64,000 bases of DNA from a virus, in the IMG/VR virus record IMGVR_UViG_3300045241_000115, positions 1 to 64,000 of that record; one strand, 5' to 3'. Shown here piece by piece: positions 36,773 to 47,290 of the stretch (position 1 is the stretch's first letter; the number at the start of each line of letters is the position of its first letter). Below the pieces are notes generated by a model. That model had not been told where the DNA came from. It saw nothing but the letters and a program-made list of their open reading frames with translations, and made no database searches. Made by a program: the position numbers and the translations under genes.

Positions 36773-37374
36773 CTCTCCGCCTTCCTGACGACGTAGGTGA
36801 TGCTGGCACGGAGCTGCCCGGTGTCGATCAGCGGCCGCACATTCAGGCCCGCGCCGCCCGTGTCCCAGGAAGAGCTGCCATAGGCGGTCAATGCCTGTCG
36901 CATCGTCATGCCCGCTGCCTGCCCGCCCTCCTTGATTTCACGCAGCTTGCGCCGTCCTCCCTGCGTCCTGCGCAGCCGCCCACGGATTGTCGCCGCGGCG
37001 AGCGGCGCGTACGGCGGCGCCGGATTGCTGATCTCGCGCACGACGGAATTGCGCGCGGCCATGCCGACCTTCTCAAGCACGAGCAGCGACGCCGCTACAT
37101 CCTTCGCTTCCAGCGCGTCCTGTGCGCCCTTCTTCATGATCGAGACGATCTGCGGCCGCGCCTTCTTGATGCCAGGATTTATGAACGGTCTCGCTGGGAT
37201 GTTGTGCGCGGGCGAGCCAAACTCATGCACGCGGGCGAGCATTGCGTTGGTGACGACGCCTTCCTTGCGCGCGCCCTTTTCCTCTGGGACGCCGACGAGC
37301 ACCTCGCTCCTGGTCAGCGCGGTGACGCGCGCGAGCAGCTCGTTGACGTTGTCGATTGTCTTCTTGACGTCCAC
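36769..37374 (-). CDS. Neck protein
   Basis: VLVGVP, NAMLARVHEFG, IPARPF, PLIDTGQLRASITY. Confidence 0.85.
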   Translation of the reverse strand: MDVKKTIDNVNELLARVTALTRSEVLVGVPEEKGARKEGVVTNAMLARVHEFGSPAHNIPARPFINPGIKKARPQIVSIMKKGAQDALEAKDVAASLLVLEKVGMAARNSVVREISNPAPPYAPLAAATIRGRLRRTQGGRRKLREIKEGGQAAGMTMRQALTAYGSSSWDTGGAGLNVRPLIDTGQLRASITYVVRKAES

Positions 37375-37375
37375 G

Positions 37376-37726
37376 TCACATCGCCGAGCCGCCGTTGTCC
37401 AACTGTTCGAGGAACGGTCGCGCGATCGGCCAGAACGTATCCCAGGCCGTCGCGAGGCTGTCGATCGCATAGCGGTAGTCGCTGCCCTTGGCACCTGGAG
37501 TCTCGGGATCGGGTTGCACGCCAAAATTGTTAGGCGGTGCCGGCGGCATCGCGCCAAACGACGCCGTCTCAAACTCGGTGCCTTCCACACCAGTATAGCC
37601 TGCCGACGCAGTGGCGACGGCTTCGCGCAGCCGCGTGATCTGACCGTGCAGTTGAATGAACCGGTTGACCATTTGGTTCGTCATGGTGCCAAACGGCGTC
37701 TGATTGGAGATGATGGTTGCCGTCAT
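37376..37726 (-). CDS. Hypothetical protein, fibre-associated
   Basis: Coupled to the upstream fibre gene. Confidence 0.6.
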   Translation of the reverse strand: MTATIISNQTPFGTMTNQMVNRFIQLHGQITRLREAVATASAGYTGVEGTEFETASFGAMPPAPPNNFGVQPDPETPGAKGSDYRYAIDSLATAWDTFWPIARPFLEQLDNGGSAM

Positions 37727-39519
37727 GTGATGATCCTTTCAATGGCTTCGACACGAGCGGTCAGTTGCTGCACGGAACCGACCAGGGCCGCCATCATCCT
37801 GTTGGCATCGATGCTCATCAACAGCATGGAGTCGCGGCCATCCAACCGCTTCGGTGCGACGACGCCGTGGCCCATGACACCAGACGGAAACACGTCGGCC
37901 ACACGCTGAGCGACGAAACCGACCGGTATTAGTTCGGCATCAGGATCGGCATCGCCAGGGATGCCATGCGCCATCTTGCGGTAGCGGAACTCGTGCAGCG
38001 GGATGCGACACACAAGATCAAGACAGTCGACGCGGCATGGCGCGATGTCATGCTTGATACGCTCATCTGAGGGGTTGCCGATGCCGATGTCAGAGTTGCC
38101 CGACCATCGCTGATAGAGCCAACCGCCGCTGACGAACCACGACCAGTTGTCCGGGTTTGCTGTGGCGGTGGTGCAGATGTTCGGCACGAAGCTGTTGCCG
38201 GCGGCATGCAGTTCTGTGGTGTAGAAGTTGCCGCGATTGGATGCGTCGCCGCCGGGAGCGACCGTGAAGTTGATCGTGTTGTTCTCGACGAAACGCCAGT
38301 TCCCGTCGTTGCTGTTGCGCGCAAGATAATAGGCAGGGTTGTCGGCGACATAGAACACACCGCTCACGCACATGACCGCATCTGCGGTGCGCAGCCGTCC
38401 GTTAACCGTCAGACCGCCCGTGCAGGTGTCACCGCCTTTATAGAGGTAGCGTCCGTCGGACGTGCCGGCCGGATAGAAGTTGTTGCTGACCCACGTGCTG
38501 GAAACCAGCGTGCAGGCGTAAGCGCCGTTGGCGTAGGCCGGAACGTTCGTTCCATCCCAGTTGAAGCCTATCCAGTAGGCGCCGCCGCCAAGGACACCCG
38601 CGATCTGCGATCCCCAGGCATTGTAGCCTGAGCCACCCGCCCATAGCGTGCTGTCCGCACGGATGTCGCCGGTCGAATGCACGTAGGCGCCGTAAAGCCC
38701 GCCGCGCACGGTGAGATTGCCGGCAGTGTCGAGCGTGGAGTTGATCGTGCCACCTTCGACAAAGCGCCACGCGCCATCACTGCCACGCTGCAAGTAATAG
38801 CCGCTCGCGATGTAGAACAAGCCACCGCTCGCCATCACGTTAACGCAATGCACCTCGCCGCTTGGAGCGTAAAGGTTCGCAGCCGTAAGACTGCCTGTCA
38901 TCGTGTCGCCGCTGACGTTGACATACACCGCATCCACGACTTGCGTCACGTCATTGGTGGTCAAGGTTACGGCGCCTTGGCGGCCATTGAACGATACGAC
39001 ACCGGAAGCGCCGATGAGACTATCCACATAGCGTTTCGTCGCGGCTTCGGTTGCCCCGAGCGGATCGCGTGACAGCAGCAGCGGCCCGGTCAACGTATCG
39101 CCGCTGGTATTGACATAGGCCGCGTCTGATTGAACAGCGGTGCGGTAGGGTGCCAGCGCCGTAGTGATCTGCGCGCCGACCTGTGCGGCGGTCTGATAGC
39201 CTGCTGGGTTGGTCGCGTTGTAAGGCGTGAAGGTAAGCGCGCCCGTCTCGTCGCTCGAAGTCAGCGTGACGACGCCCTTGCGCCCGTTGAAGGTGACGAC
39301 GCCAGCGTTGTCCACGTATTGTTTGGTCGCCGCTTCCATGAACGCGAGCGGATCGCGCGACAGGATCAGCGGCCCGGTCAGCGTGCCGCCTGAGATGGGC
39401 AGCCAGATCGGCGTGGATGAGGACGATGAGGTCCACTTCGCGCCATCCCAGCGATACGACGCGGACGGCGACTGCACGATGTCGCCGATCGTCGGGCTGT
39501 TCGGGAAGTCGAACGCCAT
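37723..39519 (-). CDS. Fibre protein with S74 chaperone
   Basis: DP..AATKQYVD and LP..GGTLTG repeats; SDERIKHDI..GFVAQ. Confidence 0.8.
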   Translation of the reverse strand: MAFDFPNSPTIGDIVQSPSASYRWDGAKWTSSSSSTPIWLPISGGTLTGPLILSRDPLAFMEAATKQYVDNAGVVTFNGRKGVVTLTSSDETGALTFTPYNATNPAGYQTAAQVGAQITTALAPYRTAVQSDAAYVNTSGDTLTGPLLLSRDPLGATEAATKRYVDSLIGASGVVSFNGRQGAVTLTTNDVTQVVDAVYVNVSGDTMTGSLTAANLYAPSGEVHCVNVMASGGLFYIASGYYLQRGSDGAWRFVEGGTINSTLDTAGNLTVRGGLYGAYVHSTGDIRADSTLWAGGSGYNAWGSQIAGVLGGGAYWIGFNWDGTNVPAYANGAYACTLVSSTWVSNNFYPAGTSDGRYLYKGGDTCTGGLTVNGRLRTADAVMCVSGVFYVADNPAYYLARNSNDGNWRFVENNTINFTVAPGGDASNRGNFYTTELHAAGNSFVPNICTTATANPDNWSWFVSGGWLYQRWSGNSDIGIGNPSDERIKHDIAPCRVDCLDLVCRIPLHEFRYRKMAHGIPGDADPDAELIPVGFVAQRVADVFPSGVMGHGVVAPKRLDGRDSMLLMSIDANRMMAALVGSVQQLTARVEAIERIIT

Positions 39520-42500
39520 CAGTGCAGCGTCCTGGCTTTGAGTTCTTGCACTTCGGCGTGAAGCTCCTGCACTGCTCTGACCAAGGCGGCGACGATAGGC
39601 GTGGTGCTGAAGCTCAGTCTTTCACTCTTAGGATCGACCTCGCCGTCAAATCCTATGCCGCATGGTATTGCTGCCTCGGGGATAATCTCGTGGACCTGCT
39701 GGGCGCCAAAGCCGATGTCCTCACGATCATCAGGCACTAGCTTGCGGTTGATGCGAAAAACACGACGATACCGGACAGGTCGCAGCCGCAGCACTTCAGC
39801 CAACCCATATTCTGACGGCACGATGTCCATTTTGACGCGCTCATCTGAGCTAAGGTCTTGATACGGACCCATGCCCCCGACATAAAGCAGGTTGTTGTAG
39901 CACCACCTGTCGTTGCGATTATACCATTGGTAGCCGTAGCCAGCATTATACCATATCAAGTCGCCATTGGAGCCGTTCCAAAGCCAGAACCAACTTCCCG
40001 CAAACGAGAATTGCCTGTTAGCGCCATTCGGAAAGAAGCCGAAGTTGCCGTCGTTCTGAGCAAACACGCCACCTTGGGCAAGGACCGAATTGGCGGCATA
40101 GAAATCCCCGTTGGCACGCATACTCGCCTTAAGCGCAGCATTGGCGACGAAATCGTAATTCCCGTTTCCGGTGTTATAAGAAAAATAGTAGTTCGTGTTG
40201 TCGGCCCAATAGATGGCATTGCCCGCGTTCATGATGTAGCTGCCCGAGCGGATGATGCCGGTGACGGTCATTTTAGGCGTGGTCACTTGCAGGTTCGCCA
40301 GACCATCGACGTTCAGGTTCATATTCGTGCCGTCGGAGAACCCGACGTAGCCCTGTCGCGTGCCAGCCGCGTTGAAGAACCCGACGTAGCCAGCATTCGA
40401 GGCGCCGCCTGGATTGAGTTGAGCGTTGCCGGTGCCTTGCCCAGCCGTCACAGAGCCACCCACTGTGGCGTTGCCGGTCACGTTCAATCCGACGATGTTG
40501 GTCAGTCCGCTCGCGCGGTTGATGGTGATCGGACTGTCGAGGTATGTGCCGGCGTCGTTGAAGCGTGAGACGGCGAAGTTCGACCCCGTGTTGCTGCCGC
40601 TCTCTGCCGTGGCGTCGGCCATAGAAATAGTCCAGCGCGGGGCTGCGCCGGTATAACTAGCGATCTGAGCACCGAAACCAGATGCGCGGGTCAGATTGAG
40701 GTTCGCCCACTGGCCAGCAGCCCCGTTGATACCAACCGCGTTGGTCACGGCGAGACTGCCCGACAGGGTTCCCCCTGTGAGCGGAAGATACGCGGAGAGC
40801 GACGCGGAGACCTGTGCGGCGGTTTGATAGCCCGACGGGTTGGACGCCGCGTAGCGGCTGGTATCCGTGGGATGAACGTGATCCGCGCGCGCCCACGTCG
40901 TGCCGGTGCCGACAGCGGCAGTCCCGTCCATCACGGGTGTAGTCGTGGACGCCGGCAACACCGCAACCACGTCGGCGTTGGTCAGCACCACCGCGCCTTG
41001 GCGCCCATTGAAGCTCGACACGCCCGCGACGCTGGCAGCGAGCGCGTTCATCACAAAAGCCGTGGTGGCCCAGAATGTCGTGCTGTCGCCGGGCGAGCGC
41101 GTGTTGCCGGCATTGTAGAGCGGATAGATGCCGGCAGTGTCAGTCCACACCGCCTGCGAGGCGCCCGACGGGATCGTAATAGTGCCACCGCTCGTGCCGC
41201 GAACGGTGGTCGGCTGTGTCGTGGTATTGTTGATCGTCCATAGCAGCCGGATCGTCGAAGCGACCGGCATGGTGATCGTGGATGGCGCGGTCGGGCTGCC
41301 ATAAACGTAAAGATAGGCCCAATCCACTTGATCGACCGATGGCGTCGCCGCGTTCGACGTCACATCCACAAGGCCGCGCGCCTTGTTGCGATCGGAATAT
41401 TGCTTCGTCGCGGCTTGCAGCGCAGCGGTCGGATCAGCAGCCAGGAGCAGCGGCTGGTAGACGTTCACGTTGCCGCCGGCGGCCGCGAGAACATCATTGC
41501 CAGCGATCACAAGACCAATGACTCCACCGGCAGCGGCGACGAGGTTCAGGCGTCCGCTCGACACCCCTACCCCGTAGCTGGTGCTGAATAGGGCGATGTG
41601 CTTCGACAGATCGTAGATCGAACCGCCGACCGCGTTGCCGAACGACAGCCCGACATTTGCCGTCAGCAATCCATTGAATGTGGCGGGTCCACTGACGGTG
41701 AGCGCGCCGGTCATTTGCAGCCCATTCACCGTGAAACGCGCAATCCGGTTTTGATTAGCATCGGATGCGGTGTCGTTCTGCCCGCCGTTGTTGACCCACA
41801 CATCGAGATATTCATTGCCCCATGCGCTCGTTGAATACCCAGAGCGCAGCGACGCAGTGAGGCGCGCCCCCAGGTCCGCGCCGCTTTGGAACGTGCCGGC
41901 GAACCGCAGCTTGCCTTCCAAAGAATTACCGACGCCGGGTGGGCCTACCTGTAGCTGGGCGCTCGTCGCGGTCGGCAAGACGGTGACGACCAGCGCGCCA
42001 GTCATCGTATCGCCGGTCACGTTTACCCACCGCGCATCCCCTGCGGCTGGCGTGATCGTGTTGTTGTCAACATACTGCTTGGTCGCGGCGTGCATTGCGG
42101 CAGTTGGATCGGCGGGAAGCGTGATGCCGTTTGAGTTGATCACCGCTATGTCAACACCAGCCTTCACGAACACATGTTGACCACTAGCATCAACGTTGTA
42201 ATTGAGGCGAGCAGAAGAAACGCTGAAACCGTAAGTGCCGCCCCACAGACTGATGTGGTGCGAAAGATCTGTGATACCACTGGTCACACTACCAAGCGAC
42301 AACCCAGCATTTGCCGTCAGCAATCCATTGTTAACTAGCGCACCAGAAAGTGTGCCGCCGCTAAGAGGTAAGTAATTTCCAAGGTCGCCCGAATTTGCCA
42401 GTTGTCCGACATGGTTGCCGTCGACATACATATCGGCATGGCCGTTGACCCAGGCGAAACCAAAGAGGTTGCCGCCACCAGAGATACCAGCGTAACCGAG

Positions 42501-44525
42501 ACCGACACCCGCAATATTCAAATTACCACCGGAGCCAAGGGTCATAACTTGTTTGGCGGTGGAGGCTGCGGTCTGCTGAAACCACGCGAACGAAGTGGTG
42601 GGCAGGAAGCCGAGGAAGTTATTGAAGAAATCAACCTCTGCCTGACCGGCGTTGAAATTCCACCCGATCGAACCTACTGCCCCAGGCAGTGCCGGGATCG
42701 TGCCACCCAGATTGCCAAAGACCGATAAGAGGGAGGCCGCCGCTCCCGAGTTCGCCGTCAGCAGCCCACCCACAGTGAGCGGACTGTCAGAGACGTTCCC
42801 TCCTGGGGCGAGATGCAGCAGGCGCGTTGTGGCAGAGTAGAAATCGTGCACCGCGCCGCTGCCGGCGATGTAATTCAGGGTGTGGTCGGTGACCGAGAAG
42901 CCATAAGCGGCGCCATACAGATCGATGTGGTGCGAAAAATCGCTTGGCGTGCCTGAGACTGCGGAACCGAGCGAGATGCCAAAGTTGAAAGATGAACGCT
43001 GCATGAACTGCGACGTGCTGTTGAATGTCGCAGCCACATCCACCGCCACACTGCCGGAATAGAGCCGGATAAGCGTGGTTTCGACCGATTGATTAGCCCA
43101 GAACGAAATGTCTAACCGGTTGGAATAGTTGCCTATCATAAACTGCGAACCGGCAGGACTTGCGTTGCCGATCCATATCGCGGCGTAATGACTGGCCGTG
43201 TCCAGGTAGAGGTTCGCGCCGAAGCTTCGCCAGCCGGTCTCCGGTGCATTGATCGTCAGCGTTCCGGTCATGGTATCGCCGGCAACGTTCACCCATCGCG
43301 CATCGCCAGCCGCCGGGGTGATCGTGTTGTTATCCACGTATTGTTTCGTCGCCGCTTGCAGCCCGGAGGCGGGATCGGCGGCGAGCATCAACGGACCAAA
43401 GAGATTGATGGCGCCGGTAGCGCGGATGATTTGCAGTCCGTTGCCGATAAACGAGCCATCGTCGGCGAAGCGATGGATGATGAAATTGGTGCCAGCGTTG
43501 CCGCCGCTCTCGGCCTCAGTGCCGCCGAACTCCACCGACCAGCGCGTCTTGCCTTGACGTTTGCTCTCAAAGTAACCCGCTGCCGTCCCGGCGGCCTGTG
43601 TCGTGTTCCATTTGACCGCAGGCCAGTCGCTACCCGTGCCGGTGACATACAGCGCCGAGTCGGTCGCCGACTGGATCGTCAGTGCGCCGGTCAGCGTGCC
43701 GCCTGTCAACAACAGGTATCGTGCATCACCCTGTGCCTGCGTCAGATAGCGCGCGTCGCCCGTGCGCATGTTCAGCCCATCGGTCGCCGCCGTCGCGTCC
43801 GCCACCTGCGTGATGCGGTTGTTCAGCATCGACAATGTGCCGTAGAACTGGGCGGCACCGGCAAACGTGCCGAAAATCGTGCTGCCCTGCACGCTCATGA
43901 CGATCGCGTTAGCGCTGCGCGATAGCCCGGTGCCGTCGGCCGCACCAAGCTGCAAGGCCGGCGCAGCAACGGTGCCGTTCGGCAATTGCAGCGGCCCGGT
44001 GAGCGCGCCACCGGTCAAAGGCAGATAGGCGCCCTCGACGCCTGTGATCTGCGCGTCAACGTATTGCTTGGTCGCCGCCTCCATCGGATCGACCGGGTTT
44101 TGGAACAGATACAGCGGCCCCTGCATCGTGCCGCCGACCAGCGGCAAATAACCCGCCATGCCGCTGTTCGCGATGACCCACTGGCTGCTGGTCGGGTCCG
44201 TGTAGCGGATGAAGAGCTGCGTCGAAACGCTGTCCCACCACAGATCGCCAGAGTTGGGCGAGCCTGGTGGCGTGTCCGAGATCGTGACCGAGGCGCCGCC
44301 GCCAGGACCGCCCGACGCCGCGCTGTTGTACAGCAGCTTGCGTCCCGTCGCGTCCATGTCGGTCGGCACACCGACCCAGAGTTTCATCGGGTCCGCAAGC
44401 TCGATGCCAAGCTCGCCCACGAGCAGCAGGTTCTCCGGCGGCGCCTTGTCCGGATCCACCGTGTAAAGATGCTGAGCGAGATCCCAGCGCTCGCCGCTCA
44501 CGCGCGTCCGAACGTCGTCCGGCAT
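39519..44525 (-). CDS. Long fibre protein (about 1668 aa) with S74 chaperone
   Basis: Multiple AATKQYVD and YLPLTGG modules; SSDERVKMDI..IGFGAQQV. Confidence 0.85.
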   Translation of the reverse strand: MPDDVRTRVSGERWDLAQHLYTVDPDKAPPENLLLVGELGIELADPMKLWVGVPTDMDATGRKLLYNSAASGGPGGGASVTISDTPPGSPNSGDLWWDSVSTQLFIRYTDPTSSQWVIANSGMAGYLPLVGGTMQGPLYLFQNPVDPMEAATKQYVDAQITGVEGAYLPLTGGALTGPLQLPNGTVAAPALQLGAADGTGLSRSANAIVMSVQGSTIFGTFAGAAQFYGTLSMLNNRITQVADATAATDGLNMRTGDARYLTQAQGDARYLLLTGGTLTGALTIQSATDSALYVTGTGSDWPAVKWNTTQAAGTAAGYFESKRQGKTRWSVEFGGTEAESGGNAGTNFIIHRFADDGSFIGNGLQIIRATGAINLFGPLMLAADPASGLQAATKQYVDNNTITPAAGDARWVNVAGDTMTGTLTINAPETGWRSFGANLYLDTASHYAAIWIGNASPAGSQFMIGNYSNRLDISFWANQSVETTLIRLYSGSVAVDVAATFNSTSQFMQRSSFNFGISLGSAVSGTPSDFSHHIDLYGAAYGFSVTDHTLNYIAGSGAVHDFYSATTRLLHLAPGGNVSDSPLTVGGLLTANSGAAASLLSVFGNLGGTIPALPGAVGSIGWNFNAGQAEVDFFNNFLGFLPTTSFAWFQQTAASTAKQVMTLGSGGNLNIAGVGLGYAGISGGGNLFGFAWVNGHADMYVDGNHVGQLANSGDLGNYLPLSGGTLSGALVNNGLLTANAGLSLGSVTSGITDLSHHISLWGGTYGFSVSSARLNYNVDASGQHVFVKAGVDIAVINSNGITLPADPTAAMHAATKQYVDNNTITPAAGDARWVNVTGDTMTGALVVTVLPTATSAQLQVGPPGVGNSLEGKLRFAGTFQSGADLGARLTASLRSGYSTSAWGNEYLDVWVNNGGQNDTASDANQNRIARFTVNGLQMTGALTVSGPATFNGLLTANVGLSFGNAVGGSIYDLSKHIALFSTSYGVGVSSGRLNLVAAAGGVIGLVIAGNDVLAAAGGNVNVYQPLLLAADPTAALQAATKQYSDRNKARGLVDVTSNAATPSVDQVDWAYLYVYGSPTAPSTITMPVASTIRLLWTINNTTTQPTTVRGTSGGTITIPSGASQAVWTDTAGIYPLYNAGNTRSPGDSTTFWATTAFVMNALAASVAGVSSFNGRQGAVVLTNADVVAVLPASTTTPVMDGTAAVGTGTTWARADHVHPTDTSRYAASNPSGYQTAAQVSASLSAYLPLTGGTLSGSLAVTNAVGINGAAGQWANLNLTRASGFGAQIASYTGAAPRWTISMADATAESGSNTGSNFAVSRFNDAGTYLDSPITINRASGLTNIVGLNVTGNATVGGSVTAGQGTGNAQLNPGGASNAGYVGFFNAAGTRQGYVGFSDGTNMNLNVDGLANLQVTTPKMTVTGIIRSGSYIMNAGNAIYWADNTNYYFSYNTGNGNYDFVANAALKASMRANGDFYAANSVLAQGGVFAQNDGNFGFFPNGANRQFSFAGSWFWLWNGSNGDLIWYNAGYGYQWYNRNDRWCYNNLLYVGGMGPYQDLSSDERVKMDIVPSEYGLAEVLRLRPVRYRRVFRINRKLVPDDREDIGFGAQQVHEIIPEAAIPCGIGFDGEVDPKSERLSFSTTPIVAALVRAVQELHAEVQELKARTLH

Positions 44526-44773
44526 TACCGCCCGCTCCACCATTCGTACAAGTCCGCGATCTCCCGGAGCCGCTCGGCAATCAGCGCGTTGTGCTTTGCC
44601 GCTTGCGGCCACATCGCCGGATGGACAACCCGGCCCGGCTCCGCTCGCAGATAGGCGCGCGCGACCTTCAACTCCGTCAGCAGATCGTCAACCACCAACG
44701 CGAGGCGTGCCTTTTCCTCACGCTGGCGTTGGACGATTGCCTCCTCGATCTCGAACACGTCGGCGCGCGTCAT
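44525..44773 (-). CDS. Hypothetical protein
   Basis: TGATG and TAATG coupling. Confidence 0.55.
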   Translation of the reverse strand: MTRADVFEIEEAIVQRQREEKARLALVVDDLLTELKVARAYLRAEPGRVVHPAMWPQAAKHNALIAERLREIADLYEWWSGR

Positions 44774-45300
44774 CACGAACCCCAGCGCCACATCACGCCC
44801 AGGCTCCACGTCAACACCGTCCCCGACATCCCGCCGCTCGCTGCCCCCAGCGTCTCGTATCCGCCGATGCCGACGATGCGCATCAGCCAATAGAACCTCT
44901 GGCCATACATCGTGTAATTCCACGGTCCGCCGCCCTCGACCGCCGTCACGTCAACGTTGTAGCCGACCGAGACCTTGCTGACGCTCTTGTTGGTCATCAG
45001 ACCGCCGGCGGCGCCGGGCGCGCCGCCACCTCCCTGCATCGCACGCTGCGACAGCGCCAGCATGTGCGCCGTCATCAACTCCACACCGGCCTGCAACAAC
45101 GAACCCCAGCGATACGGGTCGAGGCAGGCGGTATTGAGATCGATGAAGAATTGCACCTGCGAGTCAGGATAGGTGGTCGTGTCGGAAAACTCGGGGAAAT
45201 GGGAACGGAACGTCGGCGGGTCCGTGACCGTGCTCGTCGTCAGCGCGACAGGAACCGGCGGCGTCCCCTCCGGCAGCAGCGGCGAGAGGACCTCGCTCAT
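44773..45300 (-). CDS. DUF4054 head-tail adaptor
   Basis: FRSHFPEF, LMTAH.L, SVSKVSVGY, WNYTMYGQRF. Confidence 0.85.
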   Translation of the reverse strand: MSEVLSPLLPEGTPPVPVALTTSTVTDPPTFRSHFPEFSDTTTYPDSQVQFFIDLNTACLDPYRWGSLLQAGVELMTAHMLALSQRAMQGGGGAPGAAGGLMTNKSVSKVSVGYNVDVTAVEGGGPWNYTMYGQRFYWLMRIVGIGGYETLGAASGGMSGTVLTWSLGVMWRWGS

Positions 45301-45306
45301 GCGAGC

Positions 45307-45714
45307 TTAGGCTTCCTTCGCCGGCGCGGTCCTGCTCGCCGACGATGCGTGCTGAGAGGATGGCGGCACCCGTTCCGCCGACAACGGCGGTTGCGCTTGC
45401 TTCGGGGCCGTCGCGTCGGCCGGCGCGGGTTGCGACGGGTCCTCCTCCCTCGGTTTCATGACCTCGATCGCCTGGTATTCCGGCATTCCTGGCGTCGGGC
45501 CAGGTTCCTCGTAGCCCTCGAGATGCATCTTGCAATACCAGTGGTTGGCGACCTCGTCGGGCACATCGTCATATGTGCCGACGGCGAAGTACTTCTTCTC
45601 CACCGCGCCATAGACCGGCAGCTTCTTTTCGGCGTTCTGCGGATCCGGCATTTCGCCGATCTGCTTCGGGTCAAGCTGCAGCATGAACGGCTTGACGACC
45701 TTGATGGTAGCCAT
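45307..45714 (-). CDS. Virion-associated protein (STY1053-like)
   Basis: I.V.KPF.L..FAVG..DVPDEVANHWY; AAGGAG RBS. Confidence 0.7.
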   Translation of the reverse strand: MATIKVVKPFMLQLDPKQIGEMPDPQNAEKKLPVYGAVEKKYFAVGTYDDVPDEVANHWYCKMHLEGYEEPGPTPGMPEYQAIEVMKPREEDPSQPAPADATAPKQAQPPLSAERVPPSSQHASSASRTAPAKEA

Positions 45715-45906
45715 TGCGGTCTCCTTTCCGCGTGGATCAACGAACGACAGTGATCGCCTCCGCGCGCCTTCGCCGGGAACGCGCGGAGGGCCACCCTTTG
45801 GCCTCACCGGGGAGGAAGGTTCTTGGCCAGCAGCTTGTGGGGTGGTTCTCTCTGCGCGTCCGCGGAGATCGCCACGTCGGACCTCACCCCGGAGGGTTCT
45901 TGGCCG

Positions 45907-46116
45907 TCAGCCCTGATAGAGTTTCGCGCGCACCGCCGCGTCCTTCGCCTCGAGCAGCTTGCGCAAGGCTACTGTACGTTCCGTGTTACGCGGTAGCGCC
46001 TCTATTAGATGACGCGCCAGTTGGCCGAATGGCTTCGACACCTCTTTCAGGTCCTCGCGCAAATGGTCATAGGCAAAGAACTGAAAGATCGGTTCAAGGC
46101 TTTCCGGTCCGGTCAT
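45907..46116 (-). CDS. Small helical protein, Acb2/Tad1-like
   Basis: FFAYDHL..Q.A..L...P...ERTVALRKLLEAKDAAVRA. Confidence 0.65.
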   Translation of the reverse strand: MTGPESLEPIFQFFAYDHLREDLKEVSKPFGQLARHLIEALPRNTERTVALRKLLEAKDAAVRAKLYQG

Positions 46117-46233
46117 CGTTCATTTCCTCATCAGAGGCAGGCAATGGGGCGGATCGGCGTGCGCGCGTGAGCGCGGAGTAATCTGCCGCCCGCAAGGCTG
46201 AGAATAAGATCGGAATATTTAGCGTCGGTTTTG

Positions 46234-47220
46234 TTAGATGCCGTCGCGGTATCCAATGGTCTCCGGATACGGGCTTTCGACCTGCCCCATCCGTGCCCAG
46301 TACGTCGTCAGGTTGTAGAGGCTGCGCCATTCCAGCGGTGTTCTCTGCAACGGCGTCATCGGGAAACGCACTTTGTCGTATTCCTTCGTGTAGGCGATCA
46401 TCCGCTGCGTGTTGCCGCTGCCGCGGTTCTTCAGCCACTTCGACGCCTGGATGTTCAGCGGCTTGGCGCCGTTCGTCGTGGTCAGGTTGTTCTCTTGGAT
46501 GTAGCGCAGCACCGAGACGTTGCCGGCCGAGCTGACCTTGGTCGAGATCAACAGCGACATCTGCAACGGCGGAATGCGCAACTCGGACGGCACGATTGCG
46601 AAGCCCGACGCTTCCCACACGCTTTCGAGCAGCTCGTTGATCTGCGCGATCATCGTATCGGGGTTGGTCGTCCAGGCACCGCCGGTGACGTTTGCGACGT
46701 TGGTCACCTGCGACAGGTTCGTGATGCCTGTCGTGCCGATCAGCGGATCACCGATATAGACGAGCTGATCGATGTCCATCTGATTTTTGAGCCGAAGCGC
46801 TTGGAACTTCTGCTCATCGATCGGACGGCCAAGCTGCATCGCCGAGGCGAGTTCCGGCATCGTGTAGGACAGCTCTTGCGCCCACAGACGCAGGGGCAGA
46901 GCGGTCTTGCCGATGTCCAGCGATACGCTCTGGATCGCGTTGGTGGCTTTGCCGATCCACGAGATGCCTTGCGTGGCAAAGCCACCCGAGGCGCCAAACG
47001 TGGAATTGGTGAAGGACGACCACTCGTCGCCGGTCGTGATGTCGGATCGCAGGTCGATATCGCGTGACCATGTGATCGACACCAGCGGCTCGTGCAGTGC
47101 GGGATCGAGCCGTTCGAGTTCGCCGAGCAGGAAGGCGCCGGCGCTGTCGCGCGTGACGCCGTCGAATGTTTGCAGACCTCCGTACGTGGGAGGGCCGCCC
47201 ATGTTCATGCCGTCTGGCAT
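46234..47220 (-). CDS. Major capsid protein (DUF2184)
   Basis: GAFL.GELERLD..L.EPL, TWSRDIDLR, GRPID.QK, YPETIGYRDGI. Confidence 0.9.
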   Translation of the reverse strand: MPDGMNMGGPPTYGGLQTFDGVTRDSAGAFLLGELERLDPALHEPLVSITWSRDIDLRSDITTGDEWSSFTNSTFGASGGFATQGISWIGKATNAIQSVSLDIGKTALPLRLWAQELSYTMPELASAMQLGRPIDEQKFQALRLKNQMDIDQLVYIGDPLIGTTGITNLSQVTNVANVTGGAWTTNPDTMIAQINELLESVWEASGFAIVPSELRIPPLQMSLLISTKVSSAGNVSVLRYIQENNLTTTNGAKPLNIQASKWLKNRGSGNTQRMIAYTKEYDKVRFPMTPLQRTPLEWRSLYNLTTYWARMGQVESPYPETIGYRDGI

Positions 47221-47290
47221 GTGAGCTCCTTTCAGTATTCGATTGTGAGGGAGGGGGTTGCCGCTGCGACGCTGCGGCCCGCGTCAGGCG

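Noticed and set aside
17537-44525. Diversity-generating retroelement or invertase acting on the fibres
   Set aside because: No reverse transcriptase, adenine-variant TR/VR pair or invertase was recognised.
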